Notes under the pieces: model-generated
Told to the model about the DNA's origin: nothing
The model's input: only the letters and a program-made list of their open reading frames with translations
Database searches by the model: none
Assembly: GCA_016764135.1 (NCBI GenBank)
Contig: JAESSL010000331.1
Span: 1-27,175 of the forward strand
Length of the DNA stretch: 27,175 nucleotides
DNA from: Alphaproteobacteria bacterium
GTDB taxonomy: Bacteria > Pseudomonadota > Alphaproteobacteria > UBA8366 > GCA-2717185
Direction: 5' to 3'
In this document: in pieces, positions 8,725 to 17,807 of the stretch
How the letters are laid out: each line of letters starts with the position of its first letter
Position numbering within the stretch: the first letter of the stretch is position 1
Translations under genes and position numbers: made by a program

Positions 8725-9582
8725 ATGACTGATCAAGATATTACAGCACTTTTAACACGAATTGCCGACAGCTTGGAACGGCTCGCGCCGCCGCCGCCGT
8801 CGGCCGGCAACCTGCATGATGCCGACGCTTTTGTCTGGCATGCTGATTACAACAGATTCGAACCTGTTCACAACGTAAACCGGCTTGATCTGTCGTTGCT
8901 CAAAGGCATCGAGACCCAATGTAAGACGCTTTTGGACAACACCCGGAACTTCGCCAAGGGTCTGCCAGCGAATAATGCGCTATTGTGGGGCGCGAGAGGC
9001 TCAGGAAAAAGCTCGCTCGTCAAAGCCATTCACGGCGAGATAAACCGGGACAATCCCGGCATTCTCGCTCTTATAGAGATTCACCGCGAAGACATCCCGA
9101 CCTTGCCGGCGCTATTGGCGCTGATTCGTGAGGAAGGGCGTCGAACTATCGTTTTCTGTGATGATTTGTCCTTCGATGGCGACGACACGAGCTATAAATC
9201 CCTGAAAGCCGTGCTTGAAGGCGGCTTGGAGGGGCGCCCGGAAAATGTCCTGTTCTACGCGACATCCAACCGGCGGCATCTGATGCCACGCGACATGATG
9301 GAGAATGAACGTTCAACGGCGATTAACCCATCCGAAGCGGTCGAGGAAAAAGTTTCCCTATCGGATAGATTCGGTCTCTGGCTCGGTTTCCACAATAGCA
9401 ATCAGGAAACGTATTTCGCCATGATTGAAAGCTATATCAAACACTACAGCCTCGATATCACCGAAGAAGAATGGCGCGCGCAGGCCATCGAATGGTCAAT
9501 GACGCGAGGCGCGCGCTCTGGCCGCGTCGCCTGGCAATATATTCAGGACCTCGCAGGGCGACTGGGCGTGACGCTCAAATAG
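8725..9582 (+). CDS. DUF815-family AAA+ ATP-binding protein
   Basis: Walker A LWGARGSGKSSL, Walker B VFCDDLSF, YKSLKAVLEG, YATSNRRHL, SLSDRFGL and RSGRVAWQ. The likely start is ATG 8725; the ORF track gives 8683. Confidence 0.88.
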   Translation: MTDQDITALLTRIADSLERLAPPPPSAGNLHDADAFVWHADYNRFEPVHNVNRLDLSLLKGIETQCKTLLDNTRNFAKGLPANNALLWGARGSGKSSLVKAIHGEINRDNPGILALIEIHREDIPTLPALLALIREEGRRTIVFCDDLSFDGDDTSYKSLKAVLEGGLEGRPENVLFYATSNRRHLMPRDMMENERSTAINPSEAVEEKVSLSDRFGLWLGFHNSNQETYFAMIESYIKHYSLDITEEEWRAQAIEWSMTRGARSGRVAWQYIQDLAGRLGVTLK

Positions 9583-9617
9583 AGCGCTAGGGTCGCATTA
9601 ATTTTCCACCCGGTTTA

Positions 9618-10670
9618 TCAGGACAGGTTCTTGATAAACCGAGCCGGATCAACAGCGTTTTTCCCTTTACGAATCTCAAAATGTAATTGCGGTACAGACA
9701 CATTGCCGGTGCGGCCAACTTTTGCGATGATCTGACCGCGACGAATTTTCTGTCCCTTTTGCACCAGGACGCTCTGATTGTGCCCATACGCCGTCATCAA
9801 GCCGTCCGCATGGCGTAATAGTATCATGTTGCCATACCCCAGTAGTTCATTGCCGCTATAGACGACAATGCCATTCTCAGCGGCGCGAACGGATGTTCCA
9901 CTCGGCGCCGCAATATTGACGCCGTCATTGTGCAACCCTTTTTGCTTGGCCCCAAACCCAGAAATTATTCTGCCGCGCACGGGCAGCAGGAAAAACTTAC
10001 CGGATCGAGGCGCGGGTTTACGCGTACTTATTGGCCGTCTTTTCGCTGACGACGCCTTCAGGGCGGTCCGGCCCGCCTGTTTTTGCGACGCAATTGCAGA
10101 TTTCCGTTGAACTGAGGCCTTTTGACGAATCGGCGCTGAAACGCGGGCTTTCGTCGTCGCCAACTGGATTTGTCGTCTCTGTGCCGATGGCGCGCCATAT
10201 AGCTTCAGTTTTTGGCGGGCGAAAATTTGATAGGGCGGCGCAATATTGTTCGCCTTCACAATCCGATTCATCGCCAGGTTATAACGCCTTGAAATACTGT
10301 AGATTGTATCGCCTTCGCGCACCGTATGGTATCGCGGCGGCGGAAGCGTCAAACGGCGTCCGTTCTTCAAAACATAAGGGGGGCGCAATCTATTTTGGTC
10401 GATAATGGACCGGATTGGCGTGTCGTACTGACGAGAGATTTGATAGACGGTGTCCCCGGAGCGAACGATGTGGAATTGCGGCGCGGGGTCAGGCCTTAAT
10501 GAGCGACTTAGAGCTGTGGTCGCTGATTGAGAATTCTTGTTCTCGTATAAAACTATTTTTTCAGGATCATCGACGAAGACGTTCAGGCATCCGGTCGTTA
10601 TCAAGCAGACCGAAATCACAAAGCCCCGGATCGACCAGCATGGGAGTTGTTCCCCGAAAACGTTCATCAT
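9618..10670 (-). CDS. nlpD: LysM-LysM-M23 (degenerate LytM) lipoprotein, NlpD/DipM-like amidase activator
   Basis: A lipobox-like LITTGC is followed by two LysM repeats (HIVRSGDTVYQISRQY, HTVREGDTIYSISRRY), a basic linker, and an M23 domain with degenerate Zn ligands (HNDGVN, QLH). It lies downstream of surE-pcm. Confidence 0.85.
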   Translation of the reverse strand: MMNVFGEQLPCWSIRGFVISVCLITTGCLNVFVDDPEKIVLYENKNSQSATTALSRSLRPDPAPQFHIVRSGDTVYQISRQYDTPIRSIIDQNRLRPPYVLKNGRRLTLPPPRYHTVREGDTIYSISRRYNLAMNRIVKANNIAPPYQIFARQKLKLYGAPSAQRRQIQLATTKARVSAPIRQKASVQRKSAIASQKQAGRTALKASSAKRRPISTRKPAPRSGKFFLLPVRGRIISGFGAKQKGLHNDGVNIAAPSGTSVRAAENGIVVYSGNELLGYGNMILLRHADGLMTAYGHNQSVLVQKGQKIRRGQIIAKVGRTGNVSVPQLHFEIRKGKNAVDPARFIKNLS

Positions 10671-11332
10671 ACAGAGGCTCTTTTCGACGTTTTTCGGTCG
10701 TCAGGGCGCCCCGGCACCAACGGGAGAAACCGCACGGGCCATAATTCGTCCATTGAAATAACGCCGTTCTGTCGCGAAACGCGCGTAATCATCTGGTCCC
10801 GTCGCTGATCCCCGATCGGAATAATCATGACGCCGCCTTCCGCCAACTGGTCTATCAACGCGTCAGGAACTTCCGCAGCGGCCGCGCTGACGATGATACG
10901 TTCAAAAGGAGCCTGATCCGGCCACCCCTTCATGCCATCGCCTACCACCGCGGTGACGTTATAACGCTTGAGCATATCCAGGCGTTCCTGCGCATCGCGC
11001 AGCAGATCACGATGGCGCTCAATAGCATATACCCGGCGGCATAAATGCGACAATATTGAGGTCTGGTATCCAGAGCCCGCCCCGATTTCCAGCACCTTGA
11101 TGCGATCGTTCAGATCCAGCGCCGCGATCATGCGCGCAACGACGACGGGTTGGCTTATCGTTTGTCCGTGACCAATTGGCAGGGCCACCGAATCATAAGC
11201 GCGGTCGCCAAATGTCGGTGGCACAAAAAGTTCCCGTGGCGACTTTTCTACGGCAGCCAGGATTTCAGTATCGGTGATCCCCGCTTGCCGCAACTCAAGA
11301 ATGAGCCGGATTTTTTGCGCCGCGAGCGTCAC
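10667..11332 (-). CDS. pcm: Protein-L-isoaspartate O-methyltransferase
   Basis: PRELFVP, LPIGHGQTISQP, SAM motif VLEIGAGSGYQ and APFERIIVSAA. The GTG start overlaps the surE stop (GTGA). Confidence 0.96.
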   Translation of the reverse strand: MTLAAQKIRLILELRQAGITDTEILAAVEKSPRELFVPPTFGDRAYDSVALPIGHGQTISQPVVVARMIAALDLNDRIKVLEIGAGSGYQTSILSHLCRRVYAIERHRDLLRDAQERLDMLKRYNVTAVVGDGMKGWPDQAPFERIIVSAAAAEVPDALIDQLAEGGVMIIPIGDQRRDQMITRVSRQNGVISMDELWPVRFLPLVPGRPDDRKTSKRASV

Positions 11333-12111
11333 GAAAACGCCCCCTTGAACAAATCGAGCGTTTTTTTATGGGTCAGATCCATATGAAGCGGCGTAATGCT
11401 GATTTCGCCGCGCTCCAACGCCTGATAATCGGTATCGCCGTCACGAATACCGTTGCGAACCGCTTGCCCGATCCAGAAATATTCATTGCCACGCGGATCC
11501 ATCCGCTCCTGAATCGCGTAGCCTGCATCCTGCCGCCCCTGAGCCACAACGCGAACGCCAGTAACCTCCGAAGCTTTTCGGTCCGGAAAATTTACATTCA
11601 TGAAAACATCGTTCGGCCAGGACAGCGCCGCGAGACGTCAAACGACAGAGGCGCCGTGCTCAGCCGTAGCATCCCAGCATATAGGCTGATCCGTCATTTT
11701 TTGTTGGGACAGCGCGATTGACGCAATGCCTAGAATAGCGCCCTCCATCGCGGCGGCGACCGTTCCGGAATATGTGACGTCGTCGCCGACATTTGCGCCG
11801 CGGTTCACGCCAGACAAGATAATGTCCGGTTTCTGGTCCGCCATAATTTTGGAGATCGCGAATAACACGCAATCTGTGGGGCTACCGTCTAGTGCGAAAC
11901 GTTGGTTGGAGATGTTCCGGAGCCTCAGGGGCTGCGTCAGCGTCAACGAATGCCCGGCGCCGCTTTGTTCAGTTTCTGGCGCGACGACCCAGATATTGTC
12001 GCTGAACGTTCGAGCAATTTTCTCCAGCACCGCCAATCCAGGCGCATCAATTCCATCATCATTGGTGACGAGAATGCGCGCACCATCAAGATTAACGGGA
12101 GGTCTAAACAT
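11329..12111 (-). pseudogene. surE: 5'/3'-nucleotidase SurE, 260 codons, interrupted by one in-frame TGA at codon 158 (pseudogene, recoding or sequence error)
   Basis: The N-part has [25 protein letters not shown] and [15 protein letters not shown]. The minus strand across the join reads GCC TCT GTC GTT TGA CGT CTC GCG GCG CTG TCC TGG CCG AAC GAT GTT TTC ATG AAT GTA AAT TTT CCG. The two listed ORFs are therefore in the same frame, joined by 12 sense codons, and the C-part has NVNFP, DPRGNEYFWIG and ISITPL. Confidence 0.9.
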
Positions 12112-12115
12112 TCGC

Positions 12116-13396
12116 CTACGTCGCCGTCGGACCGATTTGCGACTTTCCCCCCATATACGGGCGAAGCGCCTCGGGAATGACGATGCTTCCGTCATCCTGT
12201 TGATAATTTTCCAGAACGGCAATCAATGTGCGCCCGACCGCCAGACCGGAACCGTTCAGCGTGTGTACGAATTGGCTCCCTTTTGATCCCGCCGGACGAA
12301 AGCGCGCTTTCATGCGGCGAGCCTGAAAGTCTCCGCAAGTGGAACAGCTGGAAATTTCTCGATACATGTCCTGACCGGGCAACCAGGCTTCGATATCATA
12401 GGCCTTGCGCGCGCCGAATCCCATATCGCCGGCGCACAGCGCCATAACGCGATAATGAACGCCCAACCGCTTCAGAATTTCTTCAGCGCAGGCGGTCATA
12501 CGCTCAAGCTCGGCATCGGACTGGTCCGGATGGGTCAAGCTCACCATCTCGACCTTATTGAATTGATGCTGGCGCAACATCCCGCGCGTATCGCGTCCCG
12601 CCGCCCCGGCTTCCGAGCGAAAACAAGGGGTCCAGGCTGTCACGCGTACGGGCAAATCCGATTCGTCAAGAATTTGGCCAGCGTGAATATTGGTCAGGGG
12701 CACTTCCGCAGTCGGAATCAGATAGTAGTCGTCCTCCGTTCGGAATAAATCTTCGGAGAACTTTGGCAACTGCCCCGTATTGTATAGCGCTTCTTCGCGA
12801 ACCAGCACCGGCGGCGCCACCTCTGCATAACCGTGCTCTTCGGTATGTATATCCAGCATGAAGGACGCCAAAGCCCGTTCCATACGGGCGAGCGCCCCTT
12901 TCAGGACAACGAAACGGGATCCGGACAGCCGAGCCGCATATTCAAAATCCATGAGGCCCAGATTTTCGCCCAGGTCAAAATGTTCTTTGGGCGCAAAATT
13001 AAAGCTGGGTTTTTCCCCCACCAACCGAACTTCGACATTATCCGATTCGTCCGCACCGTCTGGCGCATCGGGACTGGGCAGGTTGGGCAGGCATTCCAGA
13101 ATTGAAGTCAGTTGTGCGGCCAACGCGCGTTCTTGGTTTTCCGTGTCAGCAATACGTTGCTTGAGCGACTGAACCTCGGCGATTAAATCGGAGGCGTCTC
13201 CCCCGGATTTCTTGGCGGCGCCGACAAGGCGCGACGCCTCGTTGCGTCGTTGAAGCATTTCCTGCAACGCCGTCTGCGCGCCCCGTCTATCTTTATCCAG
13301 GGCGAGTATATTGGCGGACGCTGGTTCAAGCCCCCTGCGCTTCAAGCCTGTGCCGAATTCTCCCGCCGCGTCGCGGACTTGTTTTATATCATGCAT
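12116..13396 (-). CDS. serS: Serine--tRNA ligase
   Basis: MHDIK start, N-terminal coiled coil, [15 protein letters not shown], motif 2 [31 protein letters not shown] and motif 3 [11 protein letters not shown]. Confidence 0.98.
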   Translation of the reverse strand: MHDIKQVRDAAGEFGTGLKRRGLEPASANILALDKDRRGAQTALQEMLQRRNEASRLVGAAKKSGGDASDLIAEVQSLKQRIADTENQERALAAQLTSILECLPNLPSPDAPDGADESDNVEVRLVGEKPSFNFAPKEHFDLGENLGLMDFEYAARLSGSRFVVLKGALARMERALASFMLDIHTEEHGYAEVAPPVLVREEALYNTGQLPKFSEDLFRTEDDYYLIPTAEVPLTNIHAGQILDESDLPVRVTAWTPCFRSEAGAAGRDTRGMLRQHQFNKVEMVSLTHPDQSDAELERMTACAEEILKRLGVHYRVMALCAGDMGFGARKAYDIEAWLPGQDMYREISSCSTCGDFQARRMKARFRPAGSKGSQFVHTLNGSGLAVGRTLIAVLENYQQDDGSIVIPEALRPYMGGKSQIGPTAT

Positions 13397-13454
13397 GGAA
13401 CGCCCCAGAATTTATTTTGGCGTTTATACGGCGGCCTTGAGGAGAGGTCCATCT

Positions 13455-14264
13455 TCACCCTTTGGCGGAATCATCCGTCTCGTCATCATCGGCCCGATTT
13501 TTCGCTTCTTTCGCGCGTCCCACAAACCCGGCGCAGATAATGGAAATTTCATACAAAATAATAATGGGAATCGCCAAACCCAACTGGCTAATTGGATCGG
13601 GCGGAGTCAACACGGCGGCGGCGACAAACGCCACCACGACCGCATAACGGCGTTGTTTCCGCAGATAGGCGGCATCCACAATCCCGACTTTCGCCAGCAA
13701 GGTAAGAACGACCGGTAATTCAAAGCTGAGGCCAAAAGCAAAGATCAACCGCATGACCAGAGACAGATACTGGTCAACCTTTGGTTCCAGTTGGATCGCC
13801 AGTTTACCGTCGCCGCCAGCTTGTTCGTATCCCGCAAAAAATTCCCAGGCGACGGGCAGAACAAGGTAATAAACAAAGGCGCCGCCGATAAAAAACAGGA
13901 TAGGCGTGGCGATCAGGAAGGGTAAAAACGCCCTCTTTTCATTCTTGTAGAGCCCTGGCGCCACAAATGCCCAGAGTTGATTGGAAACGATTGGAAATGA
14001 AACGAACGCCGCGACAAAAAAAGCAATTTTGATTTCCGTAAAAAACTTTTCGTGCAGCGCCGTAAAAATCAATCGTCGCGAAGTGTCGCCCTGCCACAAA
14101 TCCTGCAACGGCTGAACCAGAAAATCAAAGACTGCGGCAGCGAAGTAAAAGGATATGAAAAACAACACAAAAAAGGCGATGACAGACCAGGTCAGACGCC
14201 GGCGCAGCTCCACCAAATGGTCGAGCATGGGCATTTTGGATTCTTCATTGGCGGAATCTGACAT
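13455..14264 (-). CDS. tatC: Twin-arginine translocase subunit TatC
   Basis: MPMLDHLVELRRRL, FVAPGLYKNE, FGLSFELPV, AAVLTPPDPISQ and LYEISI. Confidence 0.97.
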   Translation of the reverse strand: MSDSANEESKMPMLDHLVELRRRLTWSVIAFFVLFFISFYFAAAVFDFLVQPLQDLWQGDTSRRLIFTALHEKFFTEIKIAFFVAAFVSFPIVSNQLWAFVAPGLYKNEKRAFLPFLIATPILFFIGGAFVYYLVLPVAWEFFAGYEQAGGDGKLAIQLEPKVDQYLSLVMRLIFAFGLSFELPVVLTLLAKVGIVDAAYLRKQRRYAVVVAFVAAAVLTPPDPISQLGLAIPIIILYEISIICAGFVGRAKEAKNRADDDETDDSAKG

Positions 14265-14270
14265 AAATTT

Positions 14271-14816
14271 CTACCGCCTTGCCTCGGAGGATTGTTCGCT
14301 GTCAGGTACGGCATTCGTAGATTTCGACGTTTCATCCTCGGATTTCGACGCTTCATCCTCGGGAATGTCCTTGGGAGAGGCGTCTGCCGTAGTCGTGATC
14401 TCGCTTTCTTCTTCAGGCGGACTGTATTCAGCCGCTTCCTCAAGCTCCAGCGCCTCGCGTTGGGACTCGATCTCCGCCTTACGCGCAGAAATCTCTTCCT
14501 GTTGAAGGCTCAAGTCTTCACTGGCTTTCTGTAGATCATACAAATCGCTGGAAATTTCCCCTGTCGGGTCCATGATATTTTCCAGCGTTCCGTCTAAACC
14601 GACATTTGCGGACGCTTCCAGGTCCCGTCGAATTTCGGCAAGTTCGGATTCACGTGCTATATCATCAATGCCGTTTTGAAACTCCCGCGCCATTTCCTTG
14701 ATGCGCCGCATCCAGGACGTAACCGTCCGCAATACCTTCGGAATTTCCTTCGGCCCCACGACAATGATCGTAATGACCGCGATAATAAACAGCTCCTGCC
14801 ATCCGACGTCCAGCAT
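14271..14816 (-). CDS. tatB: Twin-arginine translocase subunit TatB with an acidic C-terminal tail
   Basis: MLDVGWQEL...VVGPKEIP, then an amphipathic helix. It lies between tatA and tatC. Confidence 0.95.
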   Translation of the reverse strand: MLDVGWQELFIIAVITIIVVGPKEIPKVLRTVTSWMRRIKEMAREFQNGIDDIARESELAEIRRDLEASANVGLDGTLENIMDPTGEISSDLYDLQKASEDLSLQQEEISARKAEIESQREALELEEAAEYSPPEEESEITTTADASPKDIPEDEASKSEDETSKSTNAVPDSEQSSEARR

Positions 14817-14856
14817 AGATCGTTACTTCGATTTTATTATATCGCGGATACGCATA

Positions 14857-15105
14857 TCAACTATTGGCGGCCTGGTCTTTTCCAGCCGTCGTCGGGTCGC
14901 TTTTCAAGCGCTCCGCGTCATCGGATGCGATAGATTGGGTCGCCGTTGAATCGTCGGGAGTCCCCTCGTCTTTGATATTTTTCTTGAATGACTTCAGCCC
15001 TTTGCCAAAGTCGCCCATCAAGCCGGAAATTTTACCTTTCCCGCCAAACAATACCAAAACGACGACAAGCACGATTACCCAATGCCAGATACTAAATGCG
15101 CCCAT
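14857..15105 (-). CDS. tatA: Twin-arginine translocase subunit TatA
   Basis: [45 protein letters not shown] 15105 is preceded by GAAAGG..GAG. Confidence 0.96.
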   Translation of the reverse strand: MGAFSIWHWVIVLVVVLVLFGGKGKISGLMGDFGKGLKSFKKNIKDEGTPDDSTATQSIASDDAERLKSDPTTAGKDQAANS

Positions 15106-15234
15106 GTTCTCTAACCTTTCGTTCTTTTCCGTCACAGTAATTCATGACGGCGCCGAATTGATACGATAATCGCAGATACCGTGAAAATCCGCAATACAGA
15201 GTAAACCGGCTCACATCGTGATGTGTATAGGGCC

Positions 15235-16317
15235 TTAATCTGAAAACACAAAGGCCTGACTTCGGTCTAACGCAATGGACAATGTCGTATTTTCAGGCGG
15301 CAGGAATCGCCCGGGCATCCTTGAATGCAGATGTACGTCCTGCCCGTTTTCCTGATGGAGGCATAAATGTATCAGACTTGTCCTCCCGAGCATCCGCGCG
15401 GCCAAGACAGTTGCGGAAAAATGTCCCTCTGCGTCATCGCCGGAAGCGCTCAGCCGCAGGGCTTCAGGGCGAATAAGAACCTGAACGCTCTCCCCGTCCC
15501 GAAGGTCCGGGGCCTGTATTTCTCCAACCGGAGTTAACACGGATCCATTGTTTACAACGCCGCTTAATCGATTTACTTCGCCAAAAATTTCCGCAACGAA
15601 GGCAGTTTTCGGTTCGCAGTATAAACTCACGGGCGTGCCGGTCTGGACCGCCTTCCCCGCCGACATCACGACGATCTTGTCGGACATAAACATGGCTTCT
15701 TCCGCGTCATGAGTAACCATCAACGTCGCGGCGCCCGTGGCTTTCAATATATGCAGGGTCTCATCGCGAATTTTATCGCGCATACGGGCGTCGAGACCAG
15801 AAAACGGTTCGTCCAGCAACACCAGTCCGGGGTTTGGCGCCAGTGCGCGGGCCAACGCGATGCGTTGCTGCTGTCCGCCGGATAATTCATGGGGAAACCG
15901 CTTTGCAAACGCCGACATCTCCACCGAATCGAGAACTTCAGACACCCGTTTTCCAACAGAGGCAACATCGCTCCCCTTCAGACCAAAAGCGATGTTTTTG
16001 GCAACGGTGAGGTGTGGAAACAACGCGTAATCCTGAAAGAGAAACCCGACATTACGTCGTTCAGGCGGCGTGCTGCCGGATGCATTGGCGATCACGCGCC
16101 CGTTCAAGAACACCTCACCTTGTTGAAGCGTTTCCAGACCAGCCGCGATGCGAAGCGCCGTGGTTTTACCGCAACCTGATGGTCCGAGAAGGCTGACGAC
16201 TTCGCCGCGTTTGATCGATAAATCAAAACCGGCGAGCGCGGCGACGCCGCTAAACTTGTGATAGACGCCCTTTATCTCCAATGCGGAGATCAGCGCATTG
16301 TCGGGAATGGCGTTCAT
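15235..16317 (-). CDS. ABC transporter ATP-binding protein, FbpC/PotA-like, with a C-terminal TOBE-type region
   Basis: Walker A GPSGCGKT, Q-loop FQDYALFPHL, signature LSGGQQQR, Walker B LLDEPFS and H-loop VTHD. Confidence 0.92.
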   Translation of the reverse strand: MNAIPDNALISALEIKGVYHKFSGVAALAGFDLSIKRGEVVSLLGPSGCGKTTALRIAAGLETLQQGEVFLNGRVIANASGSTPPERRNVGFLFQDYALFPHLTVAKNIAFGLKGSDVASVGKRVSEVLDSVEMSAFAKRFPHELSGGQQQRIALARALAPNPGLVLLDEPFSGLDARMRDKIRDETLHILKATGAATLMVTHDAEEAMFMSDKIVVMSAGKAVQTGTPVSLYCEPKTAFVAEIFGEVNRLSGVVNNGSVLTPVGEIQAPDLRDGESVQVLIRPEALRLSASGDDAEGHFSATVLAARMLGRTSLIHLCLHQENGQDVHLHSRMPGRFLPPENTTLSIALDRSQAFVFSD

Positions 16318-16356
16318 TGTCCGGTATTTCTACAGATAAATAAAAAATCAGCGCGA

Positions 16357-16998
16357 CTAATCATCAAGTGCAATCGCTTCATCGGGTTCCACCGCTTCAT
16401 ACGGCTCGTTGTCCTCTTCATGGCCCTCTTGTTGCCCCTCAGTGTCCATGGGGGGGTTCCAAAGTTGCCGTTTGTCCAGTAATCCCGCCGCTTTCAGTTC
16501 CCCAACTCCCGGCAGCGAACTCAATGACTCCAGCCCGAAATGATCGAGAAAAGAATCCGATGTGCCCCAGGTGATCGGTTTGCCCGGAACCTGCCGTCGA
16601 CCGCGTGGTCTGATCCAACCTGCCTCGAGCAGAATATCCAGCGTTCCCCGGCTCAAGGAAACACCGCGAATCTCCTCGATTTCCGCTCTGGTGACCGGTT
16701 GGTGATAGGCGATAATCGCAAGGGTTTCGATCCCCGCACGCGACATTTTCCGTACGATAATGCGCTCTAATTCCATATATTGCGCAAGGTCCGGCGCAGT
16801 CCTGAACGCCCAGCCGATGCCGACCGGGGTCAAATGGACGCCTCGATTGGCGAATTGCGCCTTCAATTCATCGAGCAAGCCCGCGATATCCACCCCTTCC
16901 GGGAGCCGCAACGCCAGATCCTTTTCACTCAAAGGCTCTCGCGAGGCGAACAACATCGCTTCGATAATTCTCAGTAATTCAAACCGTTCAATCATCAT
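16357..16998 (-). CDS. scpB: SMC-Scp complex subunit ScpB
   Basis: IEAMLFAS, ETLAIIAYHQPVTRAEIEEIRGV, GRRQVPGKP and FLDHFGLESL. The likely start (ATG 16998 or 16995) overlaps the scpA stop. Confidence 0.95.
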   Translation of the reverse strand: MMIERFELLRIIEAMLFASREPLSEKDLALRLPEGVDIAGLLDELKAQFANRGVHLTPVGIGWAFRTAPDLAQYMELERIIVRKMSRAGIETLAIIAYHQPVTRAEIEEIRGVSLSRGTLDILLEAGWIRPRGRRQVPGKPITWGTSDSFLDHFGLESLSSLPGVGELKAAGLLDKRQLWNPPMDTEGQQEGHEEDNEPYEAVEPDEAIALDD

Positions 16999-17797
16999 TC
17001 CCGGCCATATTGTCCCGAACGAAAATTGGTCCAAACGTCGTTGATTGCCGTAACGTCAATTTACCTTGCTTGGCTAATTCCAAGGACGCCGCAAAAGTGG
17101 ACGCGATGGCGGAGCGAAAAACCAACGGATTTTTAATGCCTTCGGGCAGAAATTCCGTCAATATTGTCCAATCCGGAACGTCGCCCAGAATTATCCGCAG
17201 CCGCACCAGCGCATCTTCCATTGAAAACAGGTTGGGAGGCGCAATTTGAAGCACTGACGCATCCGCTCGATGTTTGCTATCCGCATATGCGCTGAGTAAA
17301 TCGTAGAGTGTGGCGTTAAACGCGCTCGTACGCTTGATCGTGAACGGCTCAGGCTCGCCGCGTGGAAAAAATGCCTGACCCAACCGTGGCATTTCCATCA
17401 ACAGTCGGCCTTTGACCTGCATGGATTCCAAACGTTGCATCTGAAAAGCCAGTCGGGCAGCCAGTTCGGCGCCGGTCGGCTCATCGGGGTTGTCCGAGGA
17501 CGGCAGCAAGAGACGCGACTTCAGATAAGCCAACCACGCGGCCATGACCAGATAGTCGGCGGCGATTTCAAGTTGGAGTTTTTTCGCCCGTTCGATAAAC
17601 GAAATATATTGCTCCGCCAGCGCCAGAATGGAAATTTTCGTGATATCAACCTTCTGGTCGCGCGCCAGCGACAAGAGAACGTCGATAGGTCCTTCATACC
17701 CTTCGAGATTGAGTTGCAGAAGGTTGTCGGACGCCACGTCTCTCGGTTCATCCTCTTCAAAATCAGAGGACGATCTTTGGATGTTTTCCGTATCCAT
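16988..17797 (-). CDS. scpA: Segregation and condensation protein ScpA (kleisin)
   Basis: EGYEGPIDVLLSLARDQKVD, AADYLVMAAWLAYLKSRLLLP and STFAASLELAKQG. The likely start is ATG 17797. Confidence 0.95.
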   Translation of the reverse strand: MDTENIQRSSSDFEEDEPRDVASDNLLQLNLEGYEGPIDVLLSLARDQKVDITKISILALAEQYISFIERAKKLQLEIAADYLVMAAWLAYLKSRLLLPSSDNPDEPTGAELAARLAFQMQRLESMQVKGRLLMEMPRLGQAFFPRGEPEPFTIKRTSAFNATLYDLLSAYADSKHRADASVLQIAPPNLFSMEDALVRLRIILGDVPDWTILTEFLPEGIKNPLVFRSAIASTFAASLELAKQGKLTLRQSTTFGPIFVRDNMAGNDD

Positions 17798-17807
17798 GAT
17801 CACAAGT

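Noticed and set aside
9583-9617. Absence of rpoS after surE-pcm-nlpD
   Set aside because: Normal for alphaproteobacteria, which lack RpoS.
11602-11640. Selenocysteine insertion at the surE TGA (serS, which charges tRNA-Sec, is adjacent)
   Set aside because: The position is not a catalytic Cys in SurE. Downstream there is only a 4-bp CGGC/GCCG stem, not a convincing bacterial SECIS. The serS-surE adjacency is the ancestral gene order.
14836-14841. Perfect TATAAT on the minus strand between tatA and tatB (internal promoter)
   Set aside because: The nearest TTGATA is only 13 nt away and nothing resembling a -35 lies at 16-18 nt, so it is insufficient without TSS data.
16357-17797. scpAB without smc as a Wadjet/MksBEF-like defence system
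   Set aside because: These are canonical ScpA/ScpB sequences in the usual nagZ-S2P-scpAB context. smc is commonly encoded elsewhere, and no JetC/JetD-like genes are present.
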